Positions 34,262 to 43,268 of a DNA stretch of 64,000 nucleotides are shown in pieces (the first letter of the stretch is position 1; each line of letters begins with the position of its first letter). The translations under genes were made by a program, and so were the position numbers. This DNA is from Escherichia phage vB_EcoM_MM02. The notes below the pieces were generated by a model. The model was not told where the DNA came from and did not search any database. It worked only from the letters and a program-made list of their open reading frames with translations. The DNA is taken from sequence record MK373784.1. The stretch is one strand, 5' to 3'.

Positions 34262-34716
34262 AAAGAGTCTCTTAATAGGTTTAACACGTCAATAAATTCA
34301 TCTTCAGTTAGTATTGTATCATCTTTTGTTAGGTGGCTGGCCATGCTGTGCTTCAAAATTTTTCCTTTAGAGGCTTGTAAGGCATCGCGAAACCCCTTGT
34401 TTTGGATCGCGGCTTCAAAATATGCATTTGTGTATAATTCTTTCCACGCTTCAGAGTATCTTGAAAATGGAACTCCTAACCAGAAGAGAGTCCCACGGTC
34501 CTGAGCTCTTGCGTAAGACCTTCCAGCTTGCTGTGCAACCAATCCAGACAACCCAAATATACGTCTTTGTTGTTCAACATTTTTCACCTTACATCCTTGG
34601 AGAAATCCTTCAAGACCTCCGAATTGAATACCATCCATAACAAAAGGCCATTGAGCAAAGTTACTTAATGCACATGACGGCCACTTGAAATTACTTCTTA
34701 TTTCTAATTCAGACAT
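34258..34716 (-). CDS. NADAR-domain (YbiA-like, DUF1768) protein
   Basis: First ATG at 34716 (track start is GTG at 34725); segment LSNFAQWPFVMDGIQFGGLEGFLQGCK resembles the YbiA/NADAR signature; ATGA overlap with downstream gene. Confidence 0.55.
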   Translation of the reverse strand: MSELEIRSNFKWPSCALSNFAQWPFVMDGIQFGGLEGFLQGCKVKNVEQQRRIFGLSGLVAQQAGRSYARAQDRGTLFWLGVPFSRYSEAWKELYTNAYFEAAIQNKGFRDALQASKGKILKHSMASHLTKDDTILTEDEFIDVLNLLRDSL

Positions 34717-34927
34717 CTTTAACACTTATAATTTCAACATCAGCCCAATGTCCGTATCCAGGTATACGGTCTTCGATAGATAAATTTCTGTCATTTTTAG
34801 GCATTTTAATTGACGTAACGTATGGTTCTAAACGGTTTTCCGCGTAATATGGAAAAACGTCGGTTACACGATAAGTAACTTCAATCATTTCCGTACCAAA
34901 CAATTTCTGGATTAATTTATTCAACAT
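34709..34927 (-). CDS. hypothetical protein
   Basis: 72-aa ORF with ATG start. Confidence 0.5.
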   Translation of the reverse strand: MLNKLIQKLFGTEMIEVTYRVTDVFPYYAENRLEPYVTSIKMPKNDRNLSIEDRIPGYGHWADVEIISVKDV

Positions 34928-35114
34928 GTTTCAACCCTTTAATAGGAGATAACTCTTTACCCATACGTATGTCAGAAGTCCCATCAACCCATTGAACAGC
35001 ATACGCTTCATTGATAATTCCAGCGGCAGTTTTAAATTCTTTGAGAACTTTAAAAATCATCCCAGGGATTCCAACACCTTTTAATTGGACTGTTTGTGCT
35101 ATTAAAAATTTCAT
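34917..35114 (-). CDS. hypothetical protein
   Basis: 65-aa ORF with ATG start; early promoter at 35139-35169. Confidence 0.5.
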   Translation of the reverse strand: MKFLIAQTVQLKGVGIPGMIFKVLKEFKTAAGIINEAYAVQWVDGTSDIRMGKELSPIKGLKHVE

Positions 35115-35138
35115 ATTTTTCCACTTACTAAAGAAATC

Positions 35139-35169
35139 ATTATACTCTAATCCGTCCTTGGATGTACAC
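35139..35169 (-). promoter_or_regulatory. early promoter for the 34917-35114 gene
   Basis: minus-strand GTGTACATCCAAGGACGGATTAGAGTATAAT. Confidence 0.5.
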
Positions 35170-35783
35170 TACTTAATGAAATTAATTTCTACCGGATGAA
35201 CAACAGGTTGAGCAGTGATATATTGAGTAATTGCTTTCATGACTAGAGCTTCAGAACCAGGATTTTTCTCAACGAATTCACGTGCTAGGTTATGAGCTTC
35301 GAGTTCACTCAATAAACCGGAACGCTGGCATCCACGGTCTTGAGTACCCTGTTCAGATAAAAGGACTACTACATATTTTTCATCGTCGTATGGCTTAGCC
35401 AGTTGAGCAAATGTTCCTTTACTTCCAAAAGGAGAGTTATGTCGCCACATCACGCCGTGAGGAGTTTCAACCTTCGTATATTCGTGCGGTCCATTTTTCT
35501 TAGTTTCTTGATGTGGAACTTCATAGACTTTAGGGTTAGGACATTCAATAAAATGCTCATCTAAATCGGTCGAGAATATTAAAGTAAAACAATTACTGAA
35601 TTTACCAACACCGGCCTGATAAATTTTACCTTCAGAAGTTCTAATTTCACAAACCGAGCCGGCATCAGTAACTTCTAAAACTTCAAAAGGCTCGATAAGG
35701 TCATATGAGAACATGTTTTTAAGGCGTGGAGTAATATCCCCATTTTTAAAATTCATTTTATAAAAAGTATTAACTTTAAACAT
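35169..35783 (-). CDS. hypothetical protein
   Basis: 204 aa from first ATG at 35783 with GAGGAAA ribosome-binding site; the track start at 35813 is TTG and overlaps a terminator hairpin. Confidence 0.6.
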   Translation of the reverse strand: MFKVNTFYKMNFKNGDITPRLKNMFSYDLIEPFEVLEVTDAGSVCEIRTSEGKIYQAGVGKFSNCFTLIFSTDLDEHFIECPNPKVYEVPHQETKKNGPHEYTKVETPHGVMWRHNSPFGSKGTFAQLAKPYDDEKYVVVLLSEQGTQDRGCQRSGLLSELEAHNLAREFVEKNPGSEALVMKAITQYITAQPVVHPVEINFIK

Positions 35784-35795
35784 AATTTCCTCAAT

Positions 35796-35811
35796 GGGAG
35801 CCGAAGCTCCC
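35796..35811 (-). terminator. hairpin between two minus-strand early genes
   Basis: gggagccgaagctccc. Confidence 0.5.
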
Positions 35812-35818
35812 AATTAAT

Positions 35819-36184
35819 TTAGATATCAAATTCGTTAAGAACTACATCAAAGATTGCTTCGAGATGTTCAGGTTTAGCTCGGTTACTCAGGATATGACGA
35901 ATCCAAGATTTAACCAGAAGTTTACGATTAACACCATTCCAGCAAGGATGAGTACCTAAATCACGCTGACGGAAATCATCATCTAATGCAATTTTAAAAT
36001 TTGAACCTTCCATCGTGATTGAAACCGTGATACCATTTTCAAATCGCATATAAACGTAATTAGGAGTCATGCACTGTTCGATTTCACAAACTGTACCGTT
36101 TTCGTGTTTCCATAAGCAAATAACTTCAGAAGAACCAGCAATACCGTTAGAAACATATTTACGTTCGAAGTTGGTGTAGTTCAT
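35819..36184 (-). CDS. hypothetical protein, paralog of the 36259-36627 product (shared CMTP motif)
   Basis: 121-aa ORF; own early promoter at 36225-36254; GGAGAA ribosome-binding site. Confidence 0.6.
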   Translation of the reverse strand: MNYTNFERKYVSNGIAGSSEVICLWKHENGTVCEIEQCMTPNYVYMRFENGITVSITMEGSNFKIALDDDFRQRDLGTHPCWNGVNRKLLVKSWIRHILSNRAKPEHLEAIFDVVLNEFDI

Positions 36185-36224
36185 TTTATTCTCCAGATGT
36201 TTAAGTTGTTTGTTGGTACAGGTC

Positions 36225-36254
36225 TATAATAACATAACCTGTACCAAAGTAAAC
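36225..36254 (-). promoter_or_regulatory. early promoter for the 35819-36184 gene, with inverted repeat flanking the -10
   Basis: minus-strand GTTTACTTTGGTACAGGTTATGTTATTAT; palindrome ggtacaggt / acctgtacc. Confidence 0.55.
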
Positions 36255-36258
36255 TGTT

Positions 36259-36627
36259 TTATGCAACTTTAATCCAATTGTCTAAATTTAAAACACCTTT
36301 GGCTTTCATTTTTTCTATCAGGTTATCTGCTGTAATGCGTCCATTTTGATACCATGTAACATCTTCAGAGTAACCAGTTTCTTCGTCAACATATGTTTCT
36401 GAACGAATTTTACCGGTAATAATAGTTTTTAATTCGTATGTGTCACCTGTGAAAAAGTTTGCTAACACAATTTTCCAAGAGAAATCATCAGAAGGACCTT
36501 CAGGGGTCATACAACCTACGAACTCAAATTGCTCTTTGTATAACATCCACTGGAATTCTTTAATTTCGATAGCTTTATAACCATCGTGGTCTTTACATTT
36601 GATGTATGAGTTCAGATTGATTTTCAT
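36259..36627 (-). CDS. hypothetical protein, paralog of the 35819-36184 product
   Basis: 122-aa ORF; own early promoter at 36670-36698; similar 5' leader. Confidence 0.6.
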   Translation of the reverse strand: MKINLNSYIKCKDHDGYKAIEIKEFQWMLYKEQFEFVGCMTPEGPSDDFSWKIVLANFFTGDTYELKTIITGKIRSETYVDEETGYSEDVTWYQNGRITADNLIEKMKAKGVLNLDNWIKVA

Positions 36628-36669
36628 TTTGTTCTCCAGGTTGTTTTATTGATTAGATGGTACAAGTCT

Positions 36670-36698
36670 ATAGTAACACATCCTACAGGAGAGTAAAC
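36670..36698 (-). promoter_or_regulatory. early promoter for the 36259-36627 gene
   Basis: minus-strand GTTTACTCTCCTGTAGGATGTGTTACTAT. Confidence 0.55.
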
Positions 36699-36734
36699 AT
36701 CTTTTTAAACTTTTTCTGCCCTAAACGCACAAAA

Positions 36735-36752
36735 GGGAGACCGAAGTCTCCC
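36735..36752 (-). terminator. intrinsic terminator after the small basic protein gene
   Basis: minus-strand GGGAGACTTCGGTCTCCC then TTTTGTG. Confidence 0.65.
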
Positions 36753-36757
36753 TAAAA

Positions 36758-36937
36758 TTATGCAACAACCTTTCCAAAACGAGAAGCATCATCTCGAAGA
36801 ACTGCACGTGCTCTGCGCATGATCTTCTCAACTGTTTGATTAATACGAGAGTTCGACCCACGCTTGTATCCAGCGCGTTTAGAGGTACCATCAACTTTCT
36901 TTTCAACTGCTTTCTTTGCTTTAGCTTGTTTTGCCAT
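36758..36937 (-). CDS. small basic Lys/Arg-rich protein (59 aa), not in ORF track
   Basis: ATG at 36937 to TAA at 36758; translation MAKQAKAKKAVEKKVDGTSKRAGYKRGSNSRINQTVEKIMRRARAVLRDDASRFGKVVA; terminator hairpin directly downstream. Confidence 0.5.
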   Translation of the reverse strand: MAKQAKAKKAVEKKVDGTSKRAGYKRGSNSRINQTVEKIMRRARAVLRDDASRFGKVVA

Positions 36938-37232
36938 TATAAATTCTCTTTAAATGAAAATGCAGGACTTATTGACATTGCCTGCGCAAGCCCTCAAGGG
37001 GAACATAGGTTTTGGATATTTAACGACAGGATAACCATAAACCCGTCATCATACCAACCACGACTTAGACAGATAACCTTTTTCTGACGCGTGATAGTAC
37101 AAAATACATTCAAGAGGTACACCGTAAAACTGCCGGGGCCTTAAAACTATAATGATTCGCAAATCATTAATCAGACAGTTCGACGGCTCCTCGATTTTCT
37201 AGCCGCACTTAAGGTAGCGAATCACCTAAAAC

Positions 37233-37481
37233 TTATTTAAGGGTAATAACAAAATGACGTACTGCTTTACGAGCTGCAGAAGCCAAAGGCTTAGCATATT
37301 TCAGTTCATCTTTTGCTTCCAGTTCAGAGGCCAAAGCTGCCTGTACCGGGTTCAGATGTTTGAAATAATGCAGGATTTCCAGTGCTTCGGCTTCAACATC
37401 AATCGACGCGCCGTAGTTTTCGTGACCGTTATTCCATGCGTTTCGTTGCAGTTCAAGAGCGTGTTGTAATTGTTTAATCAT
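37233..37481 (-). CDS. rIII: rIII lysis inhibition accessory protein
   Basis: 82 aa, same length as T4 RIII; N-terminus MIKQLQHALELQRNAWNNGHENYG matches my recollection of T4 RIII. Confidence 0.85.
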   Translation of the reverse strand: MIKQLQHALELQRNAWNNGHENYGASIDVEAEALEILHYFKHLNPVQAALASELEAKDELKYAKPLASAARKAVRHFVITLK

Positions 37482-37605
37482 TTTAAATTCTCAATTCGAG
37501 ATAATATTTAGTAGCCACGTTCGTCTGAATTTCACCTTCTTTCGACAAGTCTCTCAGTTGTAGGCTACCGCTTAGAAGAGTGTTCTCTTCATATAGTTAT
37601 TTATA

Positions 37606-37938
37606 TCACTTATAAAGACACGGAATAGCTTTATAGTGGCATGTTACGAATTTCTGTTTAATTTCTTTAGGTTGTTTAAGTCCCAAAGCCACAAATGGAT
37701 GTGGAACATTTCGAATTTGTCCAACTGGTAGTGGAGTCAAATCACCGACTTCAACAAAACCTTCAGGAACATCAGGACCTACAGAATGAACTACACATAG
37801 TTCAGGAACTTCACCTTGAACACGTTTACCAATCACAAGTCCTGATTCGGTAACTTCTTCATCACCTGCTTGAGCGGGTTCAGAAACCAGAATGACATAT
37901 TCACCAACAGCACGAATTGGGAGTTGTACTTCAGACAT
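37606..37938 (-). CDS. 31: co-chaperonin gp31 (GroES analogue)
   Basis: 110 aa; [54 protein letters not shown] matches T4 gp31. Confidence 0.93.
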   Translation of the reverse strand: MSEVQLPIRAVGEYVILVSEPAQAGDEEVTESGLVIGKRVQGEVPELCVVHSVGPDVPEGFVEVGDLTPLPVGQIRNVPHPFVALGLKQPKEIKQKFVTCHYKAIPCLYK

Positions 37939-37995
37939 CTTATTTCCTTGTTGTTTGACGATAGATTAATAATACCATACTATTCGTAAAGCATA

Positions 37996-38292
37996 TTACA
38001 TAAGAAGCAAACGTTCTACCGGAGTACCATCAACCGAAATTACTTTATCAAGGCGGAAAGAACGCCACTGACCTAACTTGGTATCGAATGCTCGAACTGA
38101 TTCACGAGGTTCAGAACGAACTTCTGTTGCCGGATTGTTATTTTCATATTTGACTTCAAGTTCATCGCGCGAAGCAAACATAGTGCGTACCTCACCGTTA
38201 GCCTTTTCAAATACAACACAATGAACGCCTACAGACAGAATAGTTTTAATACGTTCACGAAGAACCATAGTTTCTTGTTCAGTTAAAATCAT
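37996..38292 (-). CDS. hypothetical protein between cd and 31
   Basis: 98 aa from first ATG (track start is GTG); TAATATG junction with cd stop. Confidence 0.55.
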   Translation of the reverse strand: MILTEQETMVLRERIKTILSVGVHCVVFEKANGEVRTMFASRDELEVKYENNNPATEVRSEPRESVRAFDTKLGQWRSFRLDKVISVDGTPVERLLLM

Positions 38293-38293
38293 A

Positions 38294-38875
38294 TTATTCA
38301 CCACAAAAGTTTCGGATTTGTTCCCAATTCAGAGAACGAAGATTATTACGAGAGTACTGAATTACTTCAATACCGGCTTGTTTTAGAATGTCTGCCCAAT
38401 TTTCAGGAGATCTGTCATATAATTCTGCGTATACAACCTTTTTAATACCTGACTGTGTAATAGCTTTAGTGCAATCAGGACACGGAGAAAGCGTAGTATA
38501 TAACGTAGCACCTTCAATAGAATTACCTTTACGAGCTGCAAACAAAATTGCATTCAGTTCCGCATGGATTTCGTTATTAGCAGACCATGCACTATGAGCG
38601 GCCCGATGTTCTTTAGCCAAAACAAAATTATCTGCCCGTCCAAATGCTGTAGTGCCTTCTTTATGCCCAGCAACGATGACCGGGCTTGGTTTATTCTTCA
38701 ACCAACCGTTTTCGGATGCATGTTCGCAACAGTTTGTACCACCTGAAGGAGAGCCATTATAACCTGTAGAAATAATGCGTCCATCTTTTTCAATGACGGC
38801 GCCAACTTTCCATGAACAACATTTTGATTCTTGAGAAATCAGATATGCAATCTGAAGGTATGTGCTAGCTTTCAT
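38294..38875 (-). CDS. cd: dCMP deaminase
   Basis: 193 aa as T4 Cd; zinc-binding deaminase motifs HAELNAI and PCPDC. Confidence 0.92.
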   Translation of the reverse strand: MKASTYLQIAYLISQESKCCSWKVGAVIEKDGRIISTGYNGSPSGGTNCCEHASENGWLKNKPSPVIVAGHKEGTTAFGRADNFVLAKEHRAAHSAWSANNEIHAELNAILFAARKGNSIEGATLYTTLSPCPDCTKAITQSGIKKVVYAELYDRSPENWADILKQAGIEVIQYSRNNLRSLNWEQIRNFCGE

Positions 38876-39867
38876 TATTGAACCTTATTAATATAAGTTA
38901 ACAGCTCTTTAGTTTGTTCCCAACTGATGCACGCATCGGTAACGGAAACGCCATAGGACATATTATCAGAAATTTTTTGATTTCCTTCATGTAGGAATGA
39001 TTCTATCATAATTCCTTTGACCAAATCATTAGCTGCTAAATTTTTACCAATACCAATTTGATTGCTATAATGTCCATCAGCGTTTGCATGGCTACAGTCA
39101 ACCATTACATAATGATTCAGACCTACTGCACTTGCTTTGTTAGAAGCTTCTTGAATATCAGAAGAATGATAGTTCGGGCCGTTGGTCCCGCCACGCAATA
39201 CGATATGCGTATTCTGATTACCTTCAGCTTCAACAATGCCTACAGTACCATCGACGTCCATACCCATATACCGATGAGGCCAGGCGGCACTATACATCGC
39301 GTCTGTAGCTACTTTAATAGAACCATTGGTTGCGTTCTTGAAGCCTACGCACATCGGTAGACCTGAAGCAATTTCACGATGTGTCTGACTTTCAGTCGTA
39401 CGGGCGCCAATAGCAACCCATGAGAAAATACCAGAAAGATACTTAATCGTGAATGGGTCTAATACTTCAGTTGCTAATGGAAGTCCCATACGTAGAAGTT
39501 TACGACACAATGTTCGTGCAACTATAAGACCGTGGTTCATATCAAAACTTCCGTCAAGATATGGATCATTTACAAGACCTTTCCAACCTACGGTAGTTCG
39601 AGGCTTTTCAAAATAAACGCGCATCACTAACAGAACATTAGGAAGACGAGTTTGAAGTTCAGCCAGACGTTTGCCGTATTCAACAGCAGCAATAGGGTCA
39701 TGAATTGAACAAGGACCTACAACAATAAGTTTGCGTGGGTCTTCACCATTCATAATCGAATTAACTTGTTCGCGATGAGAAGCCACTTGTGATGCGTAAG
39801 CTTCCGACAAAGGAATAATCTCGGCCAGTTCTTTTGGAGAAATAAGTTTTCCGACGACAGGTAACAT
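38875..39867 (-). CDS. 3-deoxy-D-arabino-heptulosonate-7-phosphate (DAHP) synthase, class I (AroG/AroF/AroH-like)
   Basis: 330 aa; motifs VVGPCSIHD, VYFEKPRTTVGWKGL, GARTTESQTHRE, VMVDCSHAN, SFLHEGNQ and DACISWE align with E. coli AroG; stop overlaps cd start (TAATG). Confidence 0.85.
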   Translation of the reverse strand: MLPVVGKLISPKELAEIIPLSEAYASQVASHREQVNSIMNGEDPRKLIVVGPCSIHDPIAAVEYGKRLAELQTRLPNVLLVMRVYFEKPRTTVGWKGLVNDPYLDGSFDMNHGLIVARTLCRKLLRMGLPLATEVLDPFTIKYLSGIFSWVAIGARTTESQTHREIASGLPMCVGFKNATNGSIKVATDAMYSAAWPHRYMGMDVDGTVGIVEAEGNQNTHIVLRGGTNGPNYHSSDIQEASNKASAVGLNHYVMVDCSHANADGHYSNQIGIGKNLAANDLVKGIMIESFLHEGNQKISDNMSYGVSVTDACISWEQTKELLTYINKVQ

Positions 39868-39987
39868 AACAATCCTTAGGAGATATAAACAGATTCTGAT
39901 TCAACAATACCTTTAACCGGATTAGACAGGCTAAGTTGGTAGTGCTCAGATTTATGACCATTCTCGATAGTAATGAGATAGCTCTCA

Positions 39988-40224
39988 TTATAGTGTTCCA
40001 TATACTCGAGTTGCTTCAACAAGACCATCACTGCATAATTTAAGATTAGTAATTTGGTCACCATCTTTAGGATTAACGATTATGAGAAAAGAACGTGGAG
40101 ATTCTTGAATAACTCGTAATGTTGCATCTTGGAAACGTTCAGACACTTTATTGATGAGTGCTTGAGCAAATTCTTTTACTTTAATCTGAAATTCGTGTAC
40201 TGTAATTGGGTTTTCACTTAGCAT
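39988..40224 (-). CDS. hypothetical protein
   Basis: 78-aa ORF with ATG start; early promoter at 40243-40272. Confidence 0.55.
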   Translation of the reverse strand: MLSENPITVHEFQIKVKEFAQALINKVSERFQDATLRVIQESPRSFLIIVNPKDGDQITNLKLCSDGLVEATRVYGTL

Positions 40225-40242
40225 TTCTATTTCCTCATTTGT

Positions 40243-40272
40243 TGGTAGAGTTATAGTATCACAACTCTACCA
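40243..40272 (-). promoter_or_regulatory. early promoter for the 39988-40224 gene
   Basis: minus-strand GTTTACAACATGGTAGAGTTGTGATACTAT. Confidence 0.55.
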
Positions 40273-40284
40273 TGTTGTAAACCA

Positions 40285-40560
40285 TTAAATTGCTTTGCAT
40301 TCAATTTTTTGTGTACCGAAATTGATATCACATTGGATAACTAAATCGCCGTCAAGATCAAATACCACTATGACGTGTGCAGACCCAGGGAGAAGAGTAA
40401 TAGCAATAGAATCTACTTGGCCTGGGAGCAAAGCATTGAGTACATGAGTTAGTTGAGCATGAACTCTGAGTTCGGCTGCATTATCAAGCACTTCAAACAT
40501 ATTATTAGCAATAATCTGACTGAAGACTACCTTTACAATTTCAGAATAAGTTGGGAACAT
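40285..40560 (-). CDS. hypothetical protein
   Basis: 91-aa ORF with ATG start. Confidence 0.5.
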   Translation of the reverse strand: MFPTYSEIVKVVFSQIIANNMFEVLDNAAELRVHAQLTHVLNALLPGQVDSIAITLLPGSAHVIVVFDLDGDLVIQCDINFGTQKIECKAI

Positions 40561-40567
40561 AATTACC

Positions 40568-40792
40568 TCAGTGTACAGTATTTACTTTAACTCGAACAAC
40601 AAATCGCTCGGTCGGTTCACCTACAGGAACAAACTCTACATGATATTCGCCTTTGTAACGAGTATTCAGATCATTACGAATTTCGGTAAGCTTGTTGATT
40701 AATGTAGAACTCATATTAAGTCCCACTAGTTTACGAAGCATTTTGTATGCTTCATCTTCGATTTCATGATGTTTATCGTACATAGTTTTCAT
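40568..40792 (-). CDS. hypothetical protein
   Basis: 74-aa ORF with ATG start. Confidence 0.5.
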   Translation of the reverse strand: MKTMYDKHHEIEDEAYKMLRKLVGLNMSSTLINKLTEIRNDLNTRYKGEYHVEFVPVGEPTERFVVRVKVNTVH

Positions 40793-40964
40793 TTAACCAT
40801 TCAATTGCCTGGTCGACGTTATCAAATATACCACCGTCCAAACGTTCTTCATGCTCATAGTCCAGCACATCAATACCGAACTGTCCATTTACTAAAGGCC
40901 AGGCTACAAACAAATATTCTTTATGCTGTTCGATGGCCTCAATCACTTCATATAATCGTTTCAT
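40773..40964 (-). CDS. hypothetical protein
   Basis: 63-aa ORF with ATG start, directly upstream of pseT. Confidence 0.5.
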   Translation of the reverse strand: MKRLYEVIEAIEQHKEYLFVAWPLVNGQFGIDVLDYEHEERLDGGIFDNVDQAIEWLNENYVR

Positions 40965-42051
<1,087 letters not shown>

Positions 42052-42052
<1 letters not shown>

Positions 42053-42351
42053 TATTTTATTCCTAAGAAAGTTTCAAGAATATGAATGTTGTGCTCGCGC
42101 CGGTCTTTATTAATTTCAGCAACGTTTTTATTAATTGACGTACTTCTAACGTTTGAAGAAATAAATTTAATCATATGACTTTTGAGTTGTTGCAAATCCA
42201 ACCCTTTTTCTTTAGCAGCTTTACGAAGAGCTTTACCTGCTTCATCTAGTGCCTTTGCTGCATCTTCATCATAATTGTCAAGTGACATTCCACGACAGAT
42301 ATCAATATACTCATCAGAACGTTTGATGTAATTCTCTAGTAATGTTTTCAT
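42052..42351 (-). CDS. hypothetical protein
   Basis: 99-aa ORF; early promoter at 42381-42410. Confidence 0.55.
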
Positions 42352-42380
42352 TTAGATTTCCTCAATTATCCAACGAGAGC

Positions 42381-42410
42381 ATTATACTCTGCTCCCAAGA
42401 GTTTGTAAAC
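42381..42410 (-). promoter_or_regulatory. early promoter for the 42052-42351 gene
   Basis: minus-strand GTTTACAAACTCTTGGGAGCAGAGTATAAT. Confidence 0.55.
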
Positions 42411-42634
42411 TATTTTACTAAAGATTCAATATACTCATGAAGAGCTTTAGTCGCTACTGCCCACTTGTTTTGGTATTCATTTTTCAGATTAGCACGAGAC
42501 TGAACTAACAAGCGGTCATTAGTCGGAGGCAAAGATTCTAATCGTTGAATCTGGCGTCCATAAATCATAGCCGCCATTTCAGATTCATAGATAAGCCCTT
42601 TAAGGTACTCGTGTTGTTCTTTAGTCATTGACAT
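42410..42634 (-). CDS. hypothetical protein
   Basis: 74-aa ORF, ATG start. Confidence 0.5.
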   Translation of the reverse strand: MSMTKEQHEYLKGLIYESEMAAMIYGRQIQRLESLPPTNDRLLVQSRANLKNEYQNKWAVATKALHEYIESLVK

Positions 42635-42915
42635 TTTTCCTCTTTTAAACCACTACGATAATAACATAACATAGTCTTCTGGTCATGTACATATCTTTTT
42701 ACGTCGTTTAACCAGATACGAAATTCTTGAGAGTCTTCAAATGGCATTCCAACCCACGGATTACCATCAATAACCTTTACTTGCCATTTCTGGTTGTATT
42801 CGGAAATAGGCGTAGGCCATGAAGGATGTAAAGTTTCTTTAGGGCTTACTGGCACATCCTGAGTACATCCAACTAGGAGACCAATAGATAATACAGCCAC
42901 AGTTAATTTAATCAT
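42625..42915 (-). CDS. outer-membrane spanin lipoprotein (Rz1-like, T4 pseT.2 equivalent)
   Basis: 96 aa; signal peptide with lipobox LLVGC; immediately downstream of, and overlapping, the i-spanin gene. Confidence 0.7.
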   Translation of the reverse strand: MIKLTVAVLSIGLLVGCTQDVPVSPKETLHPSWPTPISEYNQKWQVKVIDGNPWVGMPFEDSQEFRIWLNDVKRYVHDQKTMLCYYRSGLKEEKCQ

Positions 42916-43268
42916 TCTGAGAGCTTCCTGAGGTCTTCTGCAAAGGAATCGAAGGACCTGTTGATTTGTTTTTCGACCAATCCTGGCTTACTTGCCACCA
43001 CGTTCTTCTTCTTCGAATCCTGACGGAGCTTTTCATTTTCAGCCTTAAGTTGGTCAACTAAAACACGGTTCTTATAAGTCATTTCTTCGATTGACTGATA
43101 TTGAATCTTGAAGTCGTCTAATACTTTAGCATTGTTTTTAGCAGTCTCTTTAACAGAAGCCAATTCAGTATTCAGCGAATCGACTTTATGGTTCAGAAAT
43201 GCTATTGTTACAGTAGCAACAACTGCAAAAGCTGCCACTACAATATATGATGCATTTACTTTAAGCAT
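42912..43268 (-). CDS. inner-membrane spanin (Rz-like, T4 pseT.3 equivalent)
   Basis: 118 aa; N-terminal transmembrane segment YIVVAAFAVVATVTIAF followed by coiled-coil-like Lys/Glu-rich region. Confidence 0.7.
   Translation of the reverse strand: MLKVNASYIVVAAFAVVATVTIAFLNHKVDSLNTELASVKETAKNNAKVLDDFKIQYQSIEEMTYKNRVLVDQLKAENEKLRQDSKKKNVVASKPGLVEKQINRSFDSFAEDLRKLSE

Noticed and set aside
36721-36906. 61-aa minus-strand ORF and the overlapping plus-strand 83-aa ORF at 36836-37087
   Set aside because: They overlap the better-supported basic 59-aa frame (ATG start, terminator immediately after); composition is hydrophobic and low-complexity, and the plus-strand ORF runs against the local transcription direction.
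36938-37232. tRNA or group I intron in the rIII-downstream non-coding region
   Set aside because: No cloverleaf with a GTTCGAATC-type T-loop or anticodon arm could be built, and no intron core-like elements or flanking split gene are evident; kept as a structured region of unknown function.
37941-37990. Possible early promoter upstream of gene 31
   Set aside because: The -35 (CTTTAC) and -10 (TAGTAT or TATTAT) candidates are there but the spacing is ambiguous, so it was not called.
39876-40064. 62-aa minus-strand ORF upstream of the DAHP synthase gene
   Set aside because: Overlaps the 3' end of the 39988-40224 gene in another frame; only an internal ATG would give a 41-aa product with no clear ribosome-binding site. 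Left unannotated as too uncertain.
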